Shown here: piece by piece, positions 19,754 to 29,460 of the stretch | Numbering within the stretch: position 1 is the stretch's first letter | Layout: every line of letters begins with the position of its first letter | Assembly: GCA_021203305.1 (NCBI GenBank) | Contig: JAJQBK010000052.1 | Location: forward strand, 10,937 to 74,936 | Origin: Lachnospiraceae bacterium | Lineage (GTDB): Bacteria; Bacillota; Clostridia; Lachnospirales; Lachnospiraceae | DNA: 64,000 nucleotides | Reading direction: 5' to 3' | Notes under the pieces: generated by a model | Seen by the model: only the letters and a program-made list of their open reading frames with translations | Database searches by the model: none | What the model was told of the DNA's origin: nothing | Translations under genes and position numbers: made by a program

Positions 19754-19889
19754 ACGAGGAAAAGCTGAAAGCCGAATATCGGATGATTGTAAAGCACCTG
19801 AACCATCCGGAATATCTCGGGCAACTGAGCTCATACTTTAAAAAGACACTGATCGAAGTGTCAGAAAAGGTCGTGGACAATCTGGCAGT
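19754..19889 (+). pseudogene. Internal remnant (about 135 bp) of an Rpn-family nuclease gene, copy A
   Basis: About 88-90% identical by eye to 21555-21699. Encodes ..EEKLKAEYRMIVKHLNHPEYLGQLSSYFKKTLIEVSEKVVDNLA.. with no N- or C-terminal remainder. Confidence 0.7.
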
Positions 19890-21126
19890 CCGCTCCTCTC
19901 CTGATCAGCAGTACCGACACATCGTTAACATTGGTGCCGGTTGCTCCCGTGATAATCAGGCCGCCGCACTTCTGAAGGGCATGGTACGCGTCATTCTGCC
20001 GCAGGACCTGATAAATATCAATTCCGGCTTTTCTCAGTACGCTTCCGGTTTCTCCGTCAACATAACCTCCCGCCGCGTCCGTCGGGCCATCCGTCCCATC
20101 GCTTCCGATGCTGAACACAGCCGTATCCTTCAGACCCGCGATGCCTTCCGCCGTCGCAAGGGCCAGCTCCTGATTTCGGCCGCCCTTTCCACTGCCGGTC
20201 AGGTGCACCACCGTCTCTCCTCCCGCGATAAAGGCCAGGCTTTTCTCCGTATTCTGGTGGCTTTTCGCGATCGCGGCCAGGAAAGATCCTGCCTCCCTGG
20301 CCTCACAGGAAAGCTGATCTGTCAATATGACAGGCTCATAACCCAGCTCTTCACAGCGCTCCGCAGCCGCGCGGCAGAGATTGCGCACACTGCCGGTGAT
20401 AACGGACTCCACATTGTCAAGCTCCTTCGGTGTTTCTTCGTGAAGCAGTTCCATAATTTCCGTGCTCACAGAAAGCTGATACTTTTCCCGTATCGCCAGA
20501 GCCTCCTCACAGGTAGTAGAATCCGGACAGGCAGGACCGGACGCGATCATATCCAGCGGGTCGCCGAGGATATCGCTTAAAATGATGCTGTAAACCTTTG
20601 CGGGCTCACAGATCTTTGCGAAGCGCCCGCCTTTCACCGCGGACAGACGCTTCCGAATTGTATTGATTTCCACAATATCAGCGCCGCAGGACAGAAGCTG
20701 TCCGGTTATGTCAACCAGATCCGCTTCATGGCACAAGGGTTTCTCAAACAGGGCGCTGCCTCCTCCGGACAGCAAAAACAGCACCGTATCTTCTTCGCCC
20801 AGCTGACCCACCAGGTCAAGGGCGGCCTGCGTCCCGATGTAGGAATTCCGATCCGGCTGCGGGTGTCCGGCCTCGAAACATGTCATATTGCGAATCCCGC
20901 CTTTTACATGCTCATACTTTGTAATTACCACACCGGCCTTAATCCGGTCTCCCATGAAATCCGATGCCGCTTTTGCCATCTGCCAGGCAGCTTTTCCCAC
21001 AGCCACCACATAGATGTTTCCTGAGCCAAACTGTTTTCCGGCAAGCGCCTGGACAACCGCCGCATCGGGAAGAACCCGCTGTATGGATTTGTAAATAATT
21101 TTGTCCGCCTCTTCTCTCAGTTTCAA
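19861..21126 (-). CDS. Glycerate 2-kinase (MOFRL/DUF4147 family)
   Basis: Motifs LLSGGGSALFE, IAGGETVVHL, GKGGRNQELALA and GSDGTDGPTDAAGG. TTG start at 21126 after AGGAGG. The last 9 codons are encoded by the antisense of Rpn remnant A. Confidence 0.85.
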   Translation of the reverse strand: MKLREEADKIIYKSIQRVLPDAAVVQALAGKQFGSGNIYVVAVGKAAWQMAKAASDFMGDRIKAGVVITKYEHVKGGIRNMTCFEAGHPQPDRNSYIGTQAALDLVGQLGEEDTVLFLLSGGGSALFEKPLCHEADLVDITGQLLSCGADIVEINTIRKRLSAVKGGRFAKICEPAKVYSIILSDILGDPLDMIASGPACPDSTTCEEALAIREKYQLSVSTEIMELLHEETPKELDNVESVITGSVRNLCRAAAERCEELGYEPVILTDQLSCEAREAGSFLAAIAKSHQNTEKSLAFIAGGETVVHLTGSGKGGRNQELALATAEGIAGLKDTAVFSIGSDGTDGPTDAAGGYVDGETGSVLRKAGIDIYQVLRQNDAYHALQKCGGLIITGATGTNVNDVSVLLIRRGADCQIVHDLF

Positions 21127-21460
21127 GTCAGATATCTCCTCCTGTAAGTTATAAAAGCTCCATTTCCTCCAGAACTACTGTGCTTCTAAAGCTCCCTTCC
21201 AATTTCCTCTGCAATCTCCTGTGCGCCGCTTTCGGAATATACATATTCCCATGCTCCCCGCTGCCGCATTCTTATCGGAAGTTCACAACTGCTATTATGC
21301 AGATTCCCGCGGTAGAAGTCAAATGCCCCCGGAGGTAAATTTCAGCGATAAATTTCAGCAATGAGGAGTTTTGACATTTTCTTCTTTCCCAATTTTCGTT
21401 TTCGCCTTGCGGATTTTGTCACACCATGGTAGTATAAGTCTGTACTCCAGAAGAATGTAA

Positions 21461-21913
21461 TTCAGACACAATGGAAAACTGAAGAAAAATCTTCTTTTCC
21501 TGCTGCCTTTCTACATTTTTACATATGACAGCCGGTTAAAGGAGTACAATACCAATGAGGAAAAACTGAATGCGCTGAAAACCGAATTTCGGATGATCGT
21601 AAAGCACCTGGACCATCTGGAATATATTGGGCAGCTGAGCGCATACTTTAAAAAGACACTGATCGAAATGTCAGAAAAAGTCGTGGACAATCTGGCAGCT
21701 AACTATGGAGCCGTAAAGGAGGGAGTGAAAGCTGCTATGGGAGGACAAATTCTGGAATATGAGGCAAAGACAATTCTGCGCCAGGGGCAGATGGAAAATC
21801 TTGTGCAAAATGTCAAAGCTCTGATGGAGACAATGAACTGGACCGCTGAACAGGCCATGGACGGATTAAAAGTTCCAAAAGAAAAACGCAAAGCAGTTTA
21901 CGCAAGGCTATAA
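21461..21913 (+). pseudogene. 5'-truncated Rpn-family (PD-(D/E)XK) nuclease gene, C-terminal third only, copy B
   Basis: The frame opens right after a TAA at 21458. FRHNGKLKKNLLFLLPFYIFTYDSRLKEYNTNEEKLNALKTEFRMIVKHL... aligns with residues about 95-170 of the intact paralog at 62964-64000. It lacks the nuclease N-terminal domain and a credible start. Confidence 0.7.
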
Positions 21914-22065
21914 GCCAATTTTCAGCATCGGGAGACAGATAAGAAGAGAACATTATGGCGGAATTCCACGGCATGATGTCCTCTTCTTTTTATCTGATTT
22001 CTGTTCCCGCAGATCATCGTATTCTATCTCAAAGGCGGGAACATCCCCGGTATCAACCGCATAAA

Positions 22066-22614
22066 ATGAAAAAAAATCATGGAAATTTTATGGCAACAGT
22101 GATATTGGATGCGGGGCACGGCGGCGCAGACCCGGGCGCCACCCATGAAGGCCGCCAGGAAAAGGACGATACGCTCAAACTGACGCTGGCCATCGGCGAC
22201 ATCTTAAGCGAAAGCGGCGTCAACGTGCTCTACACAAGGACAACGGATATTTATCAGACACCCACGCAGAAGGCGGAGGTGGGGAACGCCTCGGGCGCGG
22301 ATTATTTTGTGTCCATCCACCGCAATTCCAGCCCCATCCCCGGGCAGTATACCGGGATAGAGAGTCTGGTGTACTCCAGAAACAGCCTGGCCGCCATTAT
22401 GGCCGCGAATATTAACGCCCGGCTGGAGGCCATCGGCTTTGCTGACCAGGGCGTCAACGAAAGACCCGACCTGGCGGTGCTGCGGCGCACCTACATGCCG
22501 GCGGTTTTAGTGGAGGTTGGCTTTATCAATAATGATCAGGACAACGCTCTCTTGGACCAGAAGTTTTATCAGGTTGCGAACGCCATCGCCCAGGGAATAC
22601 TGGAAAGTCTGTAA
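22066..22614 (+). CDS. N-acetylmuramoyl-L-alanine amidase (Amidase_3), single domain
   Basis: VILDAGHGGADPGA, VSIHRNS and LVEVGFINN motifs. Start ambiguous (ATG 22066 or 22090) and no clear RBS or signal peptide. Confidence 0.8.
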   Translation: MKKNHGNFMATVILDAGHGGADPGATHEGRQEKDDTLKLTLAIGDILSESGVNVLYTRTTDIYQTPTQKAEVGNASGADYFVSIHRNSSPIPGQYTGIESLVYSRNSLAAIMAANINARLEAIGFADQGVNERPDLAVLRRTYMPAVLVEVGFINNDQDNALLDQKFYQVANAIAQGILESL

Positions 22615-22628
22615 GCACCCGACACAAA

Positions 22629-22681
22629 AGACCTGTATGCCGTCCCATTCCATCCAGACAGCACACAGGTCTTCCATTTTT
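22629..22681 (+). terminator. Hairpin terminator between the convergent amidase and secDF genes
   Basis: 8-bp stem AGACCTGT / ACAGGTCT with a large loop, followed by TCCATTTTT. Confidence 0.4.
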
Positions 22682-22768
22682 CATAAATGCAGTTCATTCA
22701 GGGATTCAGGCATTTTCTTCCCTTTATAGGCATTTCCAGAAGACACATATTTTCCCGAAATTCAAAAA

Positions 22769-25051
22769 TTACCCTCTTCTCTTCCCCGTCTTTTCATGCA
22801 ACAGATACCACAGACTGCCGGTCAGGCACACGGAGGAATAGGTGCCGCATACAATGCCGATCATCAACGGCAGGGCAAATTCCCTGATGGAGGTCACTCC
22901 CCAGATATAAAGACATGCCACCATGACAAAGGTTGTTAGTGAGGTGAAAATACTCCTGGACAGGGTCTGGGTGATGGAGCTGTTGACGATGTTCTCCGTC
23001 TTCGCGTCCTTTTTTGCCTCCTTCAGGTTCTCGCGGATTCTGTCAAAAATCACGATGGTGGCGTTGATGGAGTAGCCCACGATGGTCAGAATACAGGCGA
23101 TGAAGGTATTGCCCACGGTGATCCTGGAAATGGCGTAAAAGCCCAGCACAATCAGCACATCATGGACCAGCGCGGCCACGGCGCTGATCCCGAAACGGAG
23201 GTCGCTGAAGCGAAAGCGAATGTAAATCAGCATGCACACCACCGCCACCACCACGGCGATCACCGTTTCCCGCCTGGTCTCGGAGCTGATGGTGGAGCTG
23301 ATGGTCTCGGAGGTGATCAGCTCGTCATTGACGCCATAATTTTCCACCAGGGCCACCCGCAATTCCTCTCTTTCATCCTGCGTCAGGGTCAGAGTCTTGA
23401 TAATGACCTCTTCCCCGCCGTCCACCACCTGCACCTGGATGCTGCTGCTGCCGGTGACCTCCTCAAAGAGGGGCACAATCTCCTCTTCCACCCACTCCAG
23501 TGTCACGCTGTCCTCAAATATAACGCTGGTGGAGGTGCCTCCGGAAAACTCCAGCCCGAAATTCAGGCTTCCCTCTCCGTTCGCCCCGTGATATACCATG
23601 AAAGCCACACCAAGGGCAATCAGAACGCCGCTGAGCGCAAAGAAAACATGTCTTTTTCCCAGAAAATTGATGGTCTTATGCTCTTTGCCGACGCCGTAAA
23701 GCTTCTTGTCCTTAAAGCCGATGGCATAAAACGCGTTCACCAGCAGTCTGGTGATGACCAGCGAAGTAAACATGGACAGAGCGATACCCAGCATCAGCGT
23801 CTGCGCAAAGCCGCGGATCACGCCGCTTCCCATGACCATCAGCACCAGAGCCGCGATCATGGTGGTCACATTGCCGTCCAGGATGGCCGAGAAAGCCTTG
23901 TCAAAGCCGGTTTTAATGGAGCTTTTCACCGTCTTCCCGGCAGCCAGCTCCTCCCGGATTCTGGCGAAAATAATCACATTGGCGTCCACCGCCATGCCGA
24001 TGGACAGAATAATGCCCGCCACGCCGGGCAGCGTCAGCGTCAGGTCAAAGCCGTGAATCAGCACCACTACGGCCGGCACATACATGCACAGCGCCAGCCC
24101 CGCGCAGAAACCGGGCAGGAAATACACCGCGATCATAAACACAATAATAATGATCAGGCCCACGGCGCCGGCCTGCAGACTCTTCTCCAGTGCCTCGCCG
24201 CCCAACTGGGCACCCACCACCTTATTATAGACCTCCTCCAGTTCCAGGCTTAAGCTGCCAATCCGGATAGTGCTGGCCAGAGCTTCCGCCTCAGCGTAGG
24301 AATCCATCCCGGAAATCTGCGCCACACCGTCGGTGATGGCGCTGTTCACGCTGGGTACGCTCTTGAAGGAGCCGTCATAATAGATACCGATGGTCTCCTT
24401 GCCCGCCGCCTTCTCAGTGGCCACGGCAAACTTCTCCGCTCCCTCGTCAGTCAGCGTCAGCTGCACGATGTATTCCGTGCCGGTGGTGCCGGAATATGTC
24501 CCCGCCTGGGCATCCGCCACATCCGTGCCGTAAAGCACAATGGAGCCGTCCTCCTCCAGCTCCTCAATGGTTTTTGTCAGCGCGTAATAATAGGTAACGC
24601 CCCCGCTGGAAAAATTATAATTGCCGTTTTCATCCACGCCTTCATAAATGGCGTAATTATAATTACCGTCAGAATCCGTCTCCGCGATAAAATACAGCGC
24701 TCCCGGCCTGCCAAGCTCCGCCAGAATCTCGTCCGCGTCGGTGATGCCCGGAATCTCAATGCTGAACCGGTTGTCGCCCTCCTGATAAACGATGGCCTCC
24801 GTGCTGTACTGCTGTACCCGGTCCTCAAGCTTTTTCTTGGTATCGCTCATATCCTCAGCGCTGGGCGTCTCGTCTCCCACCACCTGATAGGTGATGCTGA
24901 CGCCCCCGGCCAGGTCCAGCCCCTGCTTGATATTGGAGGCGGAGGAACCGGCGTCCGTAAAGCCCACCACCGCCTGATAGCAGAGAACCGCGATCAGCGC
25001 GATGACTCCGAAAATAGCAAGATAACCCTGATTTTTTTTCAGATGATTCAT
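22769..25051 (-). CDS. secDF: Protein translocase subunit SecDF (fused)
   Basis: About 760 aa with SecD periplasmic and TM domains followed by SecF TM repeats. Start at MNHLKKNQGYLAIFGV, with GGAGGA upstream of the ATG at 25051. Confidence 0.92.
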   Translation of the reverse strand: MNHLKKNQGYLAIFGVIALIAVLCYQAVVGFTDAGSSASNIKQGLDLAGGVSITYQVVGDETPSAEDMSDTKKKLEDRVQQYSTEAIVYQEGDNRFSIEIPGITDADEILAELGRPGALYFIAETDSDGNYNYAIYEGVDENGNYNFSSGGVTYYYALTKTIEELEEDGSIVLYGTDVADAQAGTYSGTTGTEYIVQLTLTDEGAEKFAVATEKAAGKETIGIYYDGSFKSVPSVNSAITDGVAQISGMDSYAEAEALASTIRIGSLSLELEEVYNKVVGAQLGGEALEKSLQAGAVGLIIIIVFMIAVYFLPGFCAGLALCMYVPAVVVLIHGFDLTLTLPGVAGIILSIGMAVDANVIIFARIREELAAGKTVKSSIKTGFDKAFSAILDGNVTTMIAALVLMVMGSGVIRGFAQTLMLGIALSMFTSLVITRLLVNAFYAIGFKDKKLYGVGKEHKTINFLGKRHVFFALSGVLIALGVAFMVYHGANGEGSLNFGLEFSGGTSTSVIFEDSVTLEWVEEEIVPLFEEVTGSSSIQVQVVDGGEEVIIKTLTLTQDEREELRVALVENYGVNDELITSETISSTISSETRRETVIAVVVAVVCMLIYIRFRFSDLRFGISAVAALVHDVLIVLGFYAISRITVGNTFIACILTIVGYSINATIVIFDRIRENLKEAKKDAKTENIVNSSITQTLSRSIFTSLTTFVMVACLYIWGVTSIREFALPLMIGIVCGTYSSVCLTGSLWYLLHEKTGKRRG

Positions 25052-25174
25052 AGTTATTTTCCTCCGATTTCCATGACCCTGGTACAGCGTTTTCGAAGTA
25101 ACCGGGCATTTCTGCTGGTCCGTTTTCCCGATAGCGTAGGTCAAAAATCTTCAGCGCAGCCCGTTCTGCTCTTT

Positions 25175-26587
25175 CTATTCACTGATCTGCTGATCATCTT
25201 CCTCCAGATCCGCCATCGCCGCCTTCATCATGATGGCGCACTCGATCCGCTTTCTCTGAAGCTCGCAGCCCACATCGTAGGCGTCGTGGATGTCCCCGTG
25301 GAAATTGTAGGAATTGGCGGCGCACCCGCCGCTGCAATAGTATTTGGCGAAGCAGTCCCGGCATTTCGGTTTGGCATACACATTGCAGCACTTGAACTCG
25401 TCCACAATATCCTGCCTCTTTATCCCATCAAACACGTTGCCCAGCAGAAAATCCTCATTGCCCACGAACTGGTGGCAGGGATAAAAATCCCCCCAGGGCG
25501 TTACAGCCAGATATTCCGTGCCGCTGCCGCAGCCGCTTAAGCGCTTGGCCACGCAGGGGCCGCCCTCCAGATCGATCATGAAATGAAAGAAATTCACCGG
25601 CTTTCCCGCTTTTCTTCTCTCCAGCAGATATTTTGCCAGCTTATCATACTCCTCCAGCAGAACCGGAATATCCTCCCCGCGGATAGCGTAATCGTCCTCC
25701 GGGCCGGCCACCACCGGCTCCACGGAAATCTGTTCAAAGCCAAGCTCCGCCAGATGCTTCACATCTTCTGAAAAATCCAGATTATGGTGGGTATAGGTGC
25801 CCCTCACATAATAATTGGTCTGGTTCCTGCTCTCAGCGGCCTTCTGAAATTTCGGCACAATCAGGTCATAGCTGCCCTTCCCGTTTCTGAAGGGACGCAT
25901 CCGGTCGTGGACTCCCCGCCGCCCGTCGATGGAAAGCACAAGGTTACTCATCTCCCGGTTAGCGAATTCCAGAATCTCGTCATTCAGCAGGACGCCGTTG
26001 GTGGTCAGGGTAAAGCGGAATTTCTTGTGGTTTGTCTCCTCCAGGGACCGTCCGTAGGCCACCAGCTCCTTCACCACCTGCCAGTTCATCAGCGGCTCCC
26101 CGCCAAAGAAGTCCACCTCCAGGTTGACCCTGCTGCCGGAATTGGCCACCAGAAAATCCAGCGCCGCCTTCCCCACTTCAAAGCTCATCAGCGCCCGCCT
26201 GCCATGGTACTCGCCCTCCTCGGCGAAGCAGTACCGGCAGGCCAGATTGCAGTCATGGGCAATATGTAAGCACAGCGCCTTCACCACTGTCTTACGGCTC
26301 TTGAAATCCGTAATATATTTCTCGTAAATATCCTCGGTGAACAGCTGCTTTTCCTTCGTGAGCTCCATGATCTCCGCCACGGCTTCCTTCACATCCGCCT
26401 CCGGGTAAGGCAGCTCCTCGCAGCCCATTACCGCCAGCTGCATGGTATCCGTCTCCCGGACGCCCTGCCCGTAAAGATTCTCCACAAAGGGAAGCACGTC
26501 GTAAACGATGTCGTCCACCACGTGGATGGAGCCGCTGTTCACGTCGAGAACGATATTGTATCCATTGTTTTTGTACTGATGTATCAC
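25175..26587 (-). CDS. scfB: SCIFF radical SAM/SPASM peptide maturase
   Basis: CNLACRYC radical-SAM cluster motif and a Cys-rich SPASM C-terminus (CxxCxxxxxCxGGC). Lies immediately downstream of a SCIFF precursor. Probable GTG start at 26587 (VIHQYKNNGYNIVLDVNSGSIHVVD) preceded by GAGGAA. Confidence 0.88.
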   Translation of the reverse strand: MIHQYKNNGYNIVLDVNSGSIHVVDDIVYDVLPFVENLYGQGVRETDTMQLAVMGCEELPYPEADVKEAVAEIMELTKEKQLFTEDIYEKYITDFKSRKTVVKALCLHIAHDCNLACRYCFAEEGEYHGRRALMSFEVGKAALDFLVANSGSRVNLEVDFFGGEPLMNWQVVKELVAYGRSLEETNHKKFRFTLTTNGVLLNDEILEFANREMSNLVLSIDGRRGVHDRMRPFRNGKGSYDLIVPKFQKAAESRNQTNYYVRGTYTHHNLDFSEDVKHLAELGFEQISVEPVVAGPEDDYAIRGEDIPVLLEEYDKLAKYLLERRKAGKPVNFFHFMIDLEGGPCVAKRLSGCGSGTEYLAVTPWGDFYPCHQFVGNEDFLLGNVFDGIKRQDIVDEFKCCNVYAKPKCRDCFAKYYCSGGCAANSYNFHGDIHDAYDVGCELQRKRIECAIMMKAAMADLEEDDQQISE

Positions 26588-26801
26588 TGGTCTTTCCTCA
26601 AAAAATACGATATTCTCCTTACTGTGAAGAGTTGTCTGATCAATATACAGCTCAGCACGCAAAAGCCGCAGCCTGACCGCATATCAGTTGACAATGCCAT
26701 CACAGTAAAAAGCAGCGATTCAAAAACCGCTGCTTATTCCTGTGTTCCTATTCCGTATATCGGCTTCCGGGAAAAAATCCGCGTCGATATACCCATACAT
26801 C

Positions 26802-26945
26802 TTACTTTAACTTCTCACAACTCTGATTGCCGACAGTGCAGGAAGTCTTGCACGCGGACTGGCAGGAGGTCTGGCACTCGCCGCAGCCGCCCTTCTTCAT
26901 GGACTCCTGCAGATTTCTGGTGCTTAAAGTCTTGATATGCTTCAT
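26802..26945 (-). CDS. scfA: SCIFF (six cysteines in forty-five residues) ranthipeptide precursor
   Basis: MKHIKTLSTRNLQESMKKGGCGECQTSCQSACKTSCTVGNQSCEKLK: 47 aa, six Cys, canonical GGCGECQTSCQSACKTSC core. AGGAGAG RBS. Confidence 0.92.
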   Translation of the reverse strand: MKHIKTLSTRNLQESMKKGGCGECQTSCQSACKTSCTVGNQSCEKLK

Positions 26946-27005
26946 CGTGAAACTCTCCTTTCCTAGTGTACCCTCGCCTGATCGCCTCAGGCGGCAACTG
27001 GGAAT

Positions 27006-27033
27006 ATTATAACATGCCAACGATAAAAGTCAA
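27006..27033 (-). promoter_or_regulatory. Promoter of the SCIFF operon, TTGACT-N16-TGtTATAAT
   Basis: Minus-strand TTGACT (27033-27028) and TATAAT (27011-27006) with an upstream TG. The leader hairpin is CGCCTGA-GGCGA-TCAGGCG. Confidence 0.6.
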
Positions 27034-27036
27034 GCA

Positions 27037-27573
27037 TTAGTAATTTTCAGCGTGAATCTCAAAGTAGCTCTGGGAATGACTGCAGGTCGGGCAGATCTCG
27101 GGAGCCTTGGTGCCCACAATAATATGTCCGCAGTTGCGGCACTCCCACACCTTGACCTCGCTCTTTTCAAAGACCTCCGCCAGCTCTACGTTCTTGAGCA
27201 GCGCACGGTATCTCTCCTCGTGATGCTTCTCAATGGCCGCCACCAGGCGGAACTTCGCCGCAAGCTCCGGGAAGCCCTCCTCGTCAGCGGTCTTCGCGAA
27301 ACCAGCATACATGTCGGTCCACTCGTAATTCTCACCCTCCGCCGCGGAAAGCAGATTCTGAGCGGTGTCGCCGATGCCCTCAAGCTCCCTGAACCACATC
27401 TTCGCGTGCTCCTTCTCATTGTCCGCGGTCTTTAAAAACAGGGCGGCGATCTGCTCATAGCCCTCCTTCTTCGCTACGGACGCGAAAAATGTGTATTTAT
27501 TCCTGGCCTCGGATTCGCCGCTGAAGGCGGTTTCCAGATTTTTCTGTGTCTGTGTTCCATCGTATTTGCTCAT
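27037..27573 (-). CDS. rbr: Rubrerythrin
   Basis: Ferritin-like diiron domain (E..EH motifs) plus a C-terminal rubredoxin-like CRNCGH...CPTC. Confidence 0.92.
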   Translation of the reverse strand: MSKYDGTQTQKNLETAFSGESEARNKYTFFASVAKKEGYEQIAALFLKTADNEKEHAKMWFRELEGIGDTAQNLLSAAEGENYEWTDMYAGFAKTADEEGFPELAAKFRLVAAIEKHHEERYRALLKNVELAEVFEKSEVKVWECRNCGHIIVGTKAPEICPTCSHSQSYFEIHAENY

Positions 27574-27703
27574 GATTTTTCCTCCTGTTTCCTTTCCATT
27601 TGATTTATTCTGCTTCAGACCAAAAGTCCATGCTTATTTTCTTATAAGCAGTCTTTTTTGTCAAGTAAATACTGAAAAGATTCCAATGCCCCGCGGGTGC
27701 CTC

Positions 27704-27761
27704 ACAAACGCAAAAGCGGCCTTCATACGACGGGCGAGAGAACCGCCGTACGAAGGCCGCT
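27704..27761 (-). terminator. Strong rho-independent terminator after the 54-aa ORF
   Basis: About 17-bp imperfect stem (AGCGGCCTTCGTACGGCGG / CCGTCGTATGAAGGCCGCT in sense), followed by TTTTGCGTTTG. Confidence 0.7.
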
Positions 27762-27880
27762 TCCGGTTATATCAACAAATAATAAGAGATTTTCTGAAAT
27801 CAGTATCGCTATGAATAGCAACAAATCAGCTTCCCTTCAGGACATCTGTCCCGTAAGCTCTCCGTGGCCGGAATGATCCT

Positions 27881-28045
27881 TTATCTCCAGAAGGCCAGTT
27901 TACCGATTGCCTTCGAGAACAGGCTCCTGTAATAATCGGCGGTGAAGCCCTCACAATTATACAGTCCTTCCTTCACCATCCAGTCCGGCATATCATACTT
28001 GCTGTCGTTTGCATTGAAATTCTCCATCATATCAAAATTATACAT
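27881..28045 (-). CDS. Small hypothetical protein (54 aa), absent from the ORF track because it is under 60 aa
   Basis: AGGAGG 8 nt upstream of the ATG at 28045. MYNFDMMENFNANDSKYDMPDWMVKEGLYNCEGFTADYYRSLFSKAIGKLAFWR. It has its own terminator and is divergent from the PucR-type regulator. Confidence 0.5.
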   Translation of the reverse strand: MYNFDMMENFNANDSKYDMPDWMVKEGLYNCEGFTADYYRSLFSKAIGKLAFWR

Positions 28046-28247
28046 ATCCTCATCCTCCTTCTATCCGCGTCCGGACTGTCCCTGACTGAAAGACAATCCG
28101 TTTTTTTGTTTTCATTTGTCTTTGTTTTTGTAATTTAATTATATCTCAGAATTTATGGAAGTAAATGGTAGATAAGTTCAAATATCTGTGCTATAATTTG
28201 TGCTGTAAGTACAAAGAAAAACAGATTTTTTTCAGGAGGTATTTTAA

Positions 28248-29438
28248 ATGTCCGTCTCTCTAAGACACCTGTGCGCTGATAACGACAACCCCTTCCGGCT
28301 GGAGGTCTGCGCCGGCGAAAATGGCTCCACCAACATCGTCAACTGGATCTACATGCTGGAGGATGAATATATCATTCCTTATTTTCACGGTTCGGAATTA
28401 ATTGTGACCACGGGGCGGCGCCAGTCCGAGCAGCCAGGCTGGCTTCTGGAAATTGTCAAAAGCCTGTACGAACGGCATGCGGCCGGACTCATCGTCAACG
28501 TTGGGATGTATGTCTTTGAAATTCCGCGGCCAGTGCTGGATTTCTGTAATGAAAAGGATTTCCCGCTGCTGACCATGCCCTGGGAAATCCACATCACTGA
28601 AATGATTCAAACCTTATGCGTTACCATTATGAACAAGCGGCAGGAAGGCCTGATTCATGACCAGGCCATCCGCGACGCTATTTTAAGACACAATAACCCG
28701 GAGAATTATCAGGATATTCTCTCCACCTATTACGATCTGGACGCGGATTTTCTGGTGATCGCCATCTGCTCCCGGTTTAAGAAGGGCTCGCAGCCAAACT
28801 CGGAGGGCGATTTTGACCTCCCCTCCTCCATGGATTACTGGCTGGAGACCCGGCTCAGGCGCATGAAACGGCGAATGGGAAGCTCCCAGCTGCATATCGG
28901 AATCGTTACCATAGAAAATCTGCAGCTTGTCATTCTCAATCACACGACCCCGGAGCTGTCAGAGCACGTGCTTGACGTGATTGTGGACGCCTACAAGGAG
29001 GTGCTCGTCACCCATGATATTTATATCGGCGTGGGACAGCTGGTTACGGGAATAAAAGAAATGTATAAAAGCTTCCAGCGCGCCACCACCGCGATGAAGA
29101 TGGCGGTCCACCGGAAGCAGACAATTATTGATTTCAATGAAATGGGCTTTGACAGGCTCCTATTTTCCATCACGGACGAGGAGGTGCTCTCCTCCTACGC
29201 GGACGAAATCCTGGGCGCAGTGGAACAGGCCGACGCCCAGGGGCATGAATATATGAAGCTTCTGCGGGCCTACATCCGCAACGACCGAAGCCTGGATGGC
29301 ACCGCGAAGGAGCTGTACATCCACCGCAATACCGTCAACTATCAGCTGCAGAAGCTGAGAAAGCTGCTGAACTCCCCGTTAAAAACCGCGGAGGACTTAT
29401 TCCCCATTCAGGCGGCGCTGGCGATCAGAGATATGTAA
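28248..29438 (+). CDS. PucR/CdaR family transcriptional regulator
   Basis: C-terminal PucR-type HTH (TAKELYIHRNTVNYQLQKLRKLL), with an N-terminal PucR-family (purine catabolism regulator-like) region and a GGDEF-like middle region typical of the family. Confidence 0.8.
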   Translation: MSVSLRHLCADNDNPFRLEVCAGENGSTNIVNWIYMLEDEYIIPYFHGSELIVTTGRRQSEQPGWLLEIVKSLYERHAAGLIVNVGMYVFEIPRPVLDFCNEKDFPLLTMPWEIHITEMIQTLCVTIMNKRQEGLIHDQAIRDAILRHNNPENYQDILSTYYDLDADFLVIAICSRFKKGSQPNSEGDFDLPSSMDYWLETRLRRMKRRMGSSQLHIGIVTIENLQLVILNHTTPELSEHVLDVIVDAYKEVLVTHDIYIGVGQLVTGIKEMYKSFQRATTAMKMAVHRKQTIIDFNEMGFDRLLFSITDEEVLSSYADEILGAVEQADAQGHEYMKLLRAYIRNDRSLDGTAKELYIHRNTVNYQLQKLRKLLNSPLKTAEDLFPIQAALAIRDM

Positions 29439-29460
29439 TACAGAGTTATGATTTGCCTCC

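Noticed and set aside
19783-20580. 265-aa plus-strand ORF starting MIVKHLNHPEYLGQ
   Set aside because: Only the first 35 or so residues are genuine Rpn-derived sequence (remnant A). The rest is the antisense of the glycerate kinase gene, so I treated it as a pseudogene stub rather than a CDS.
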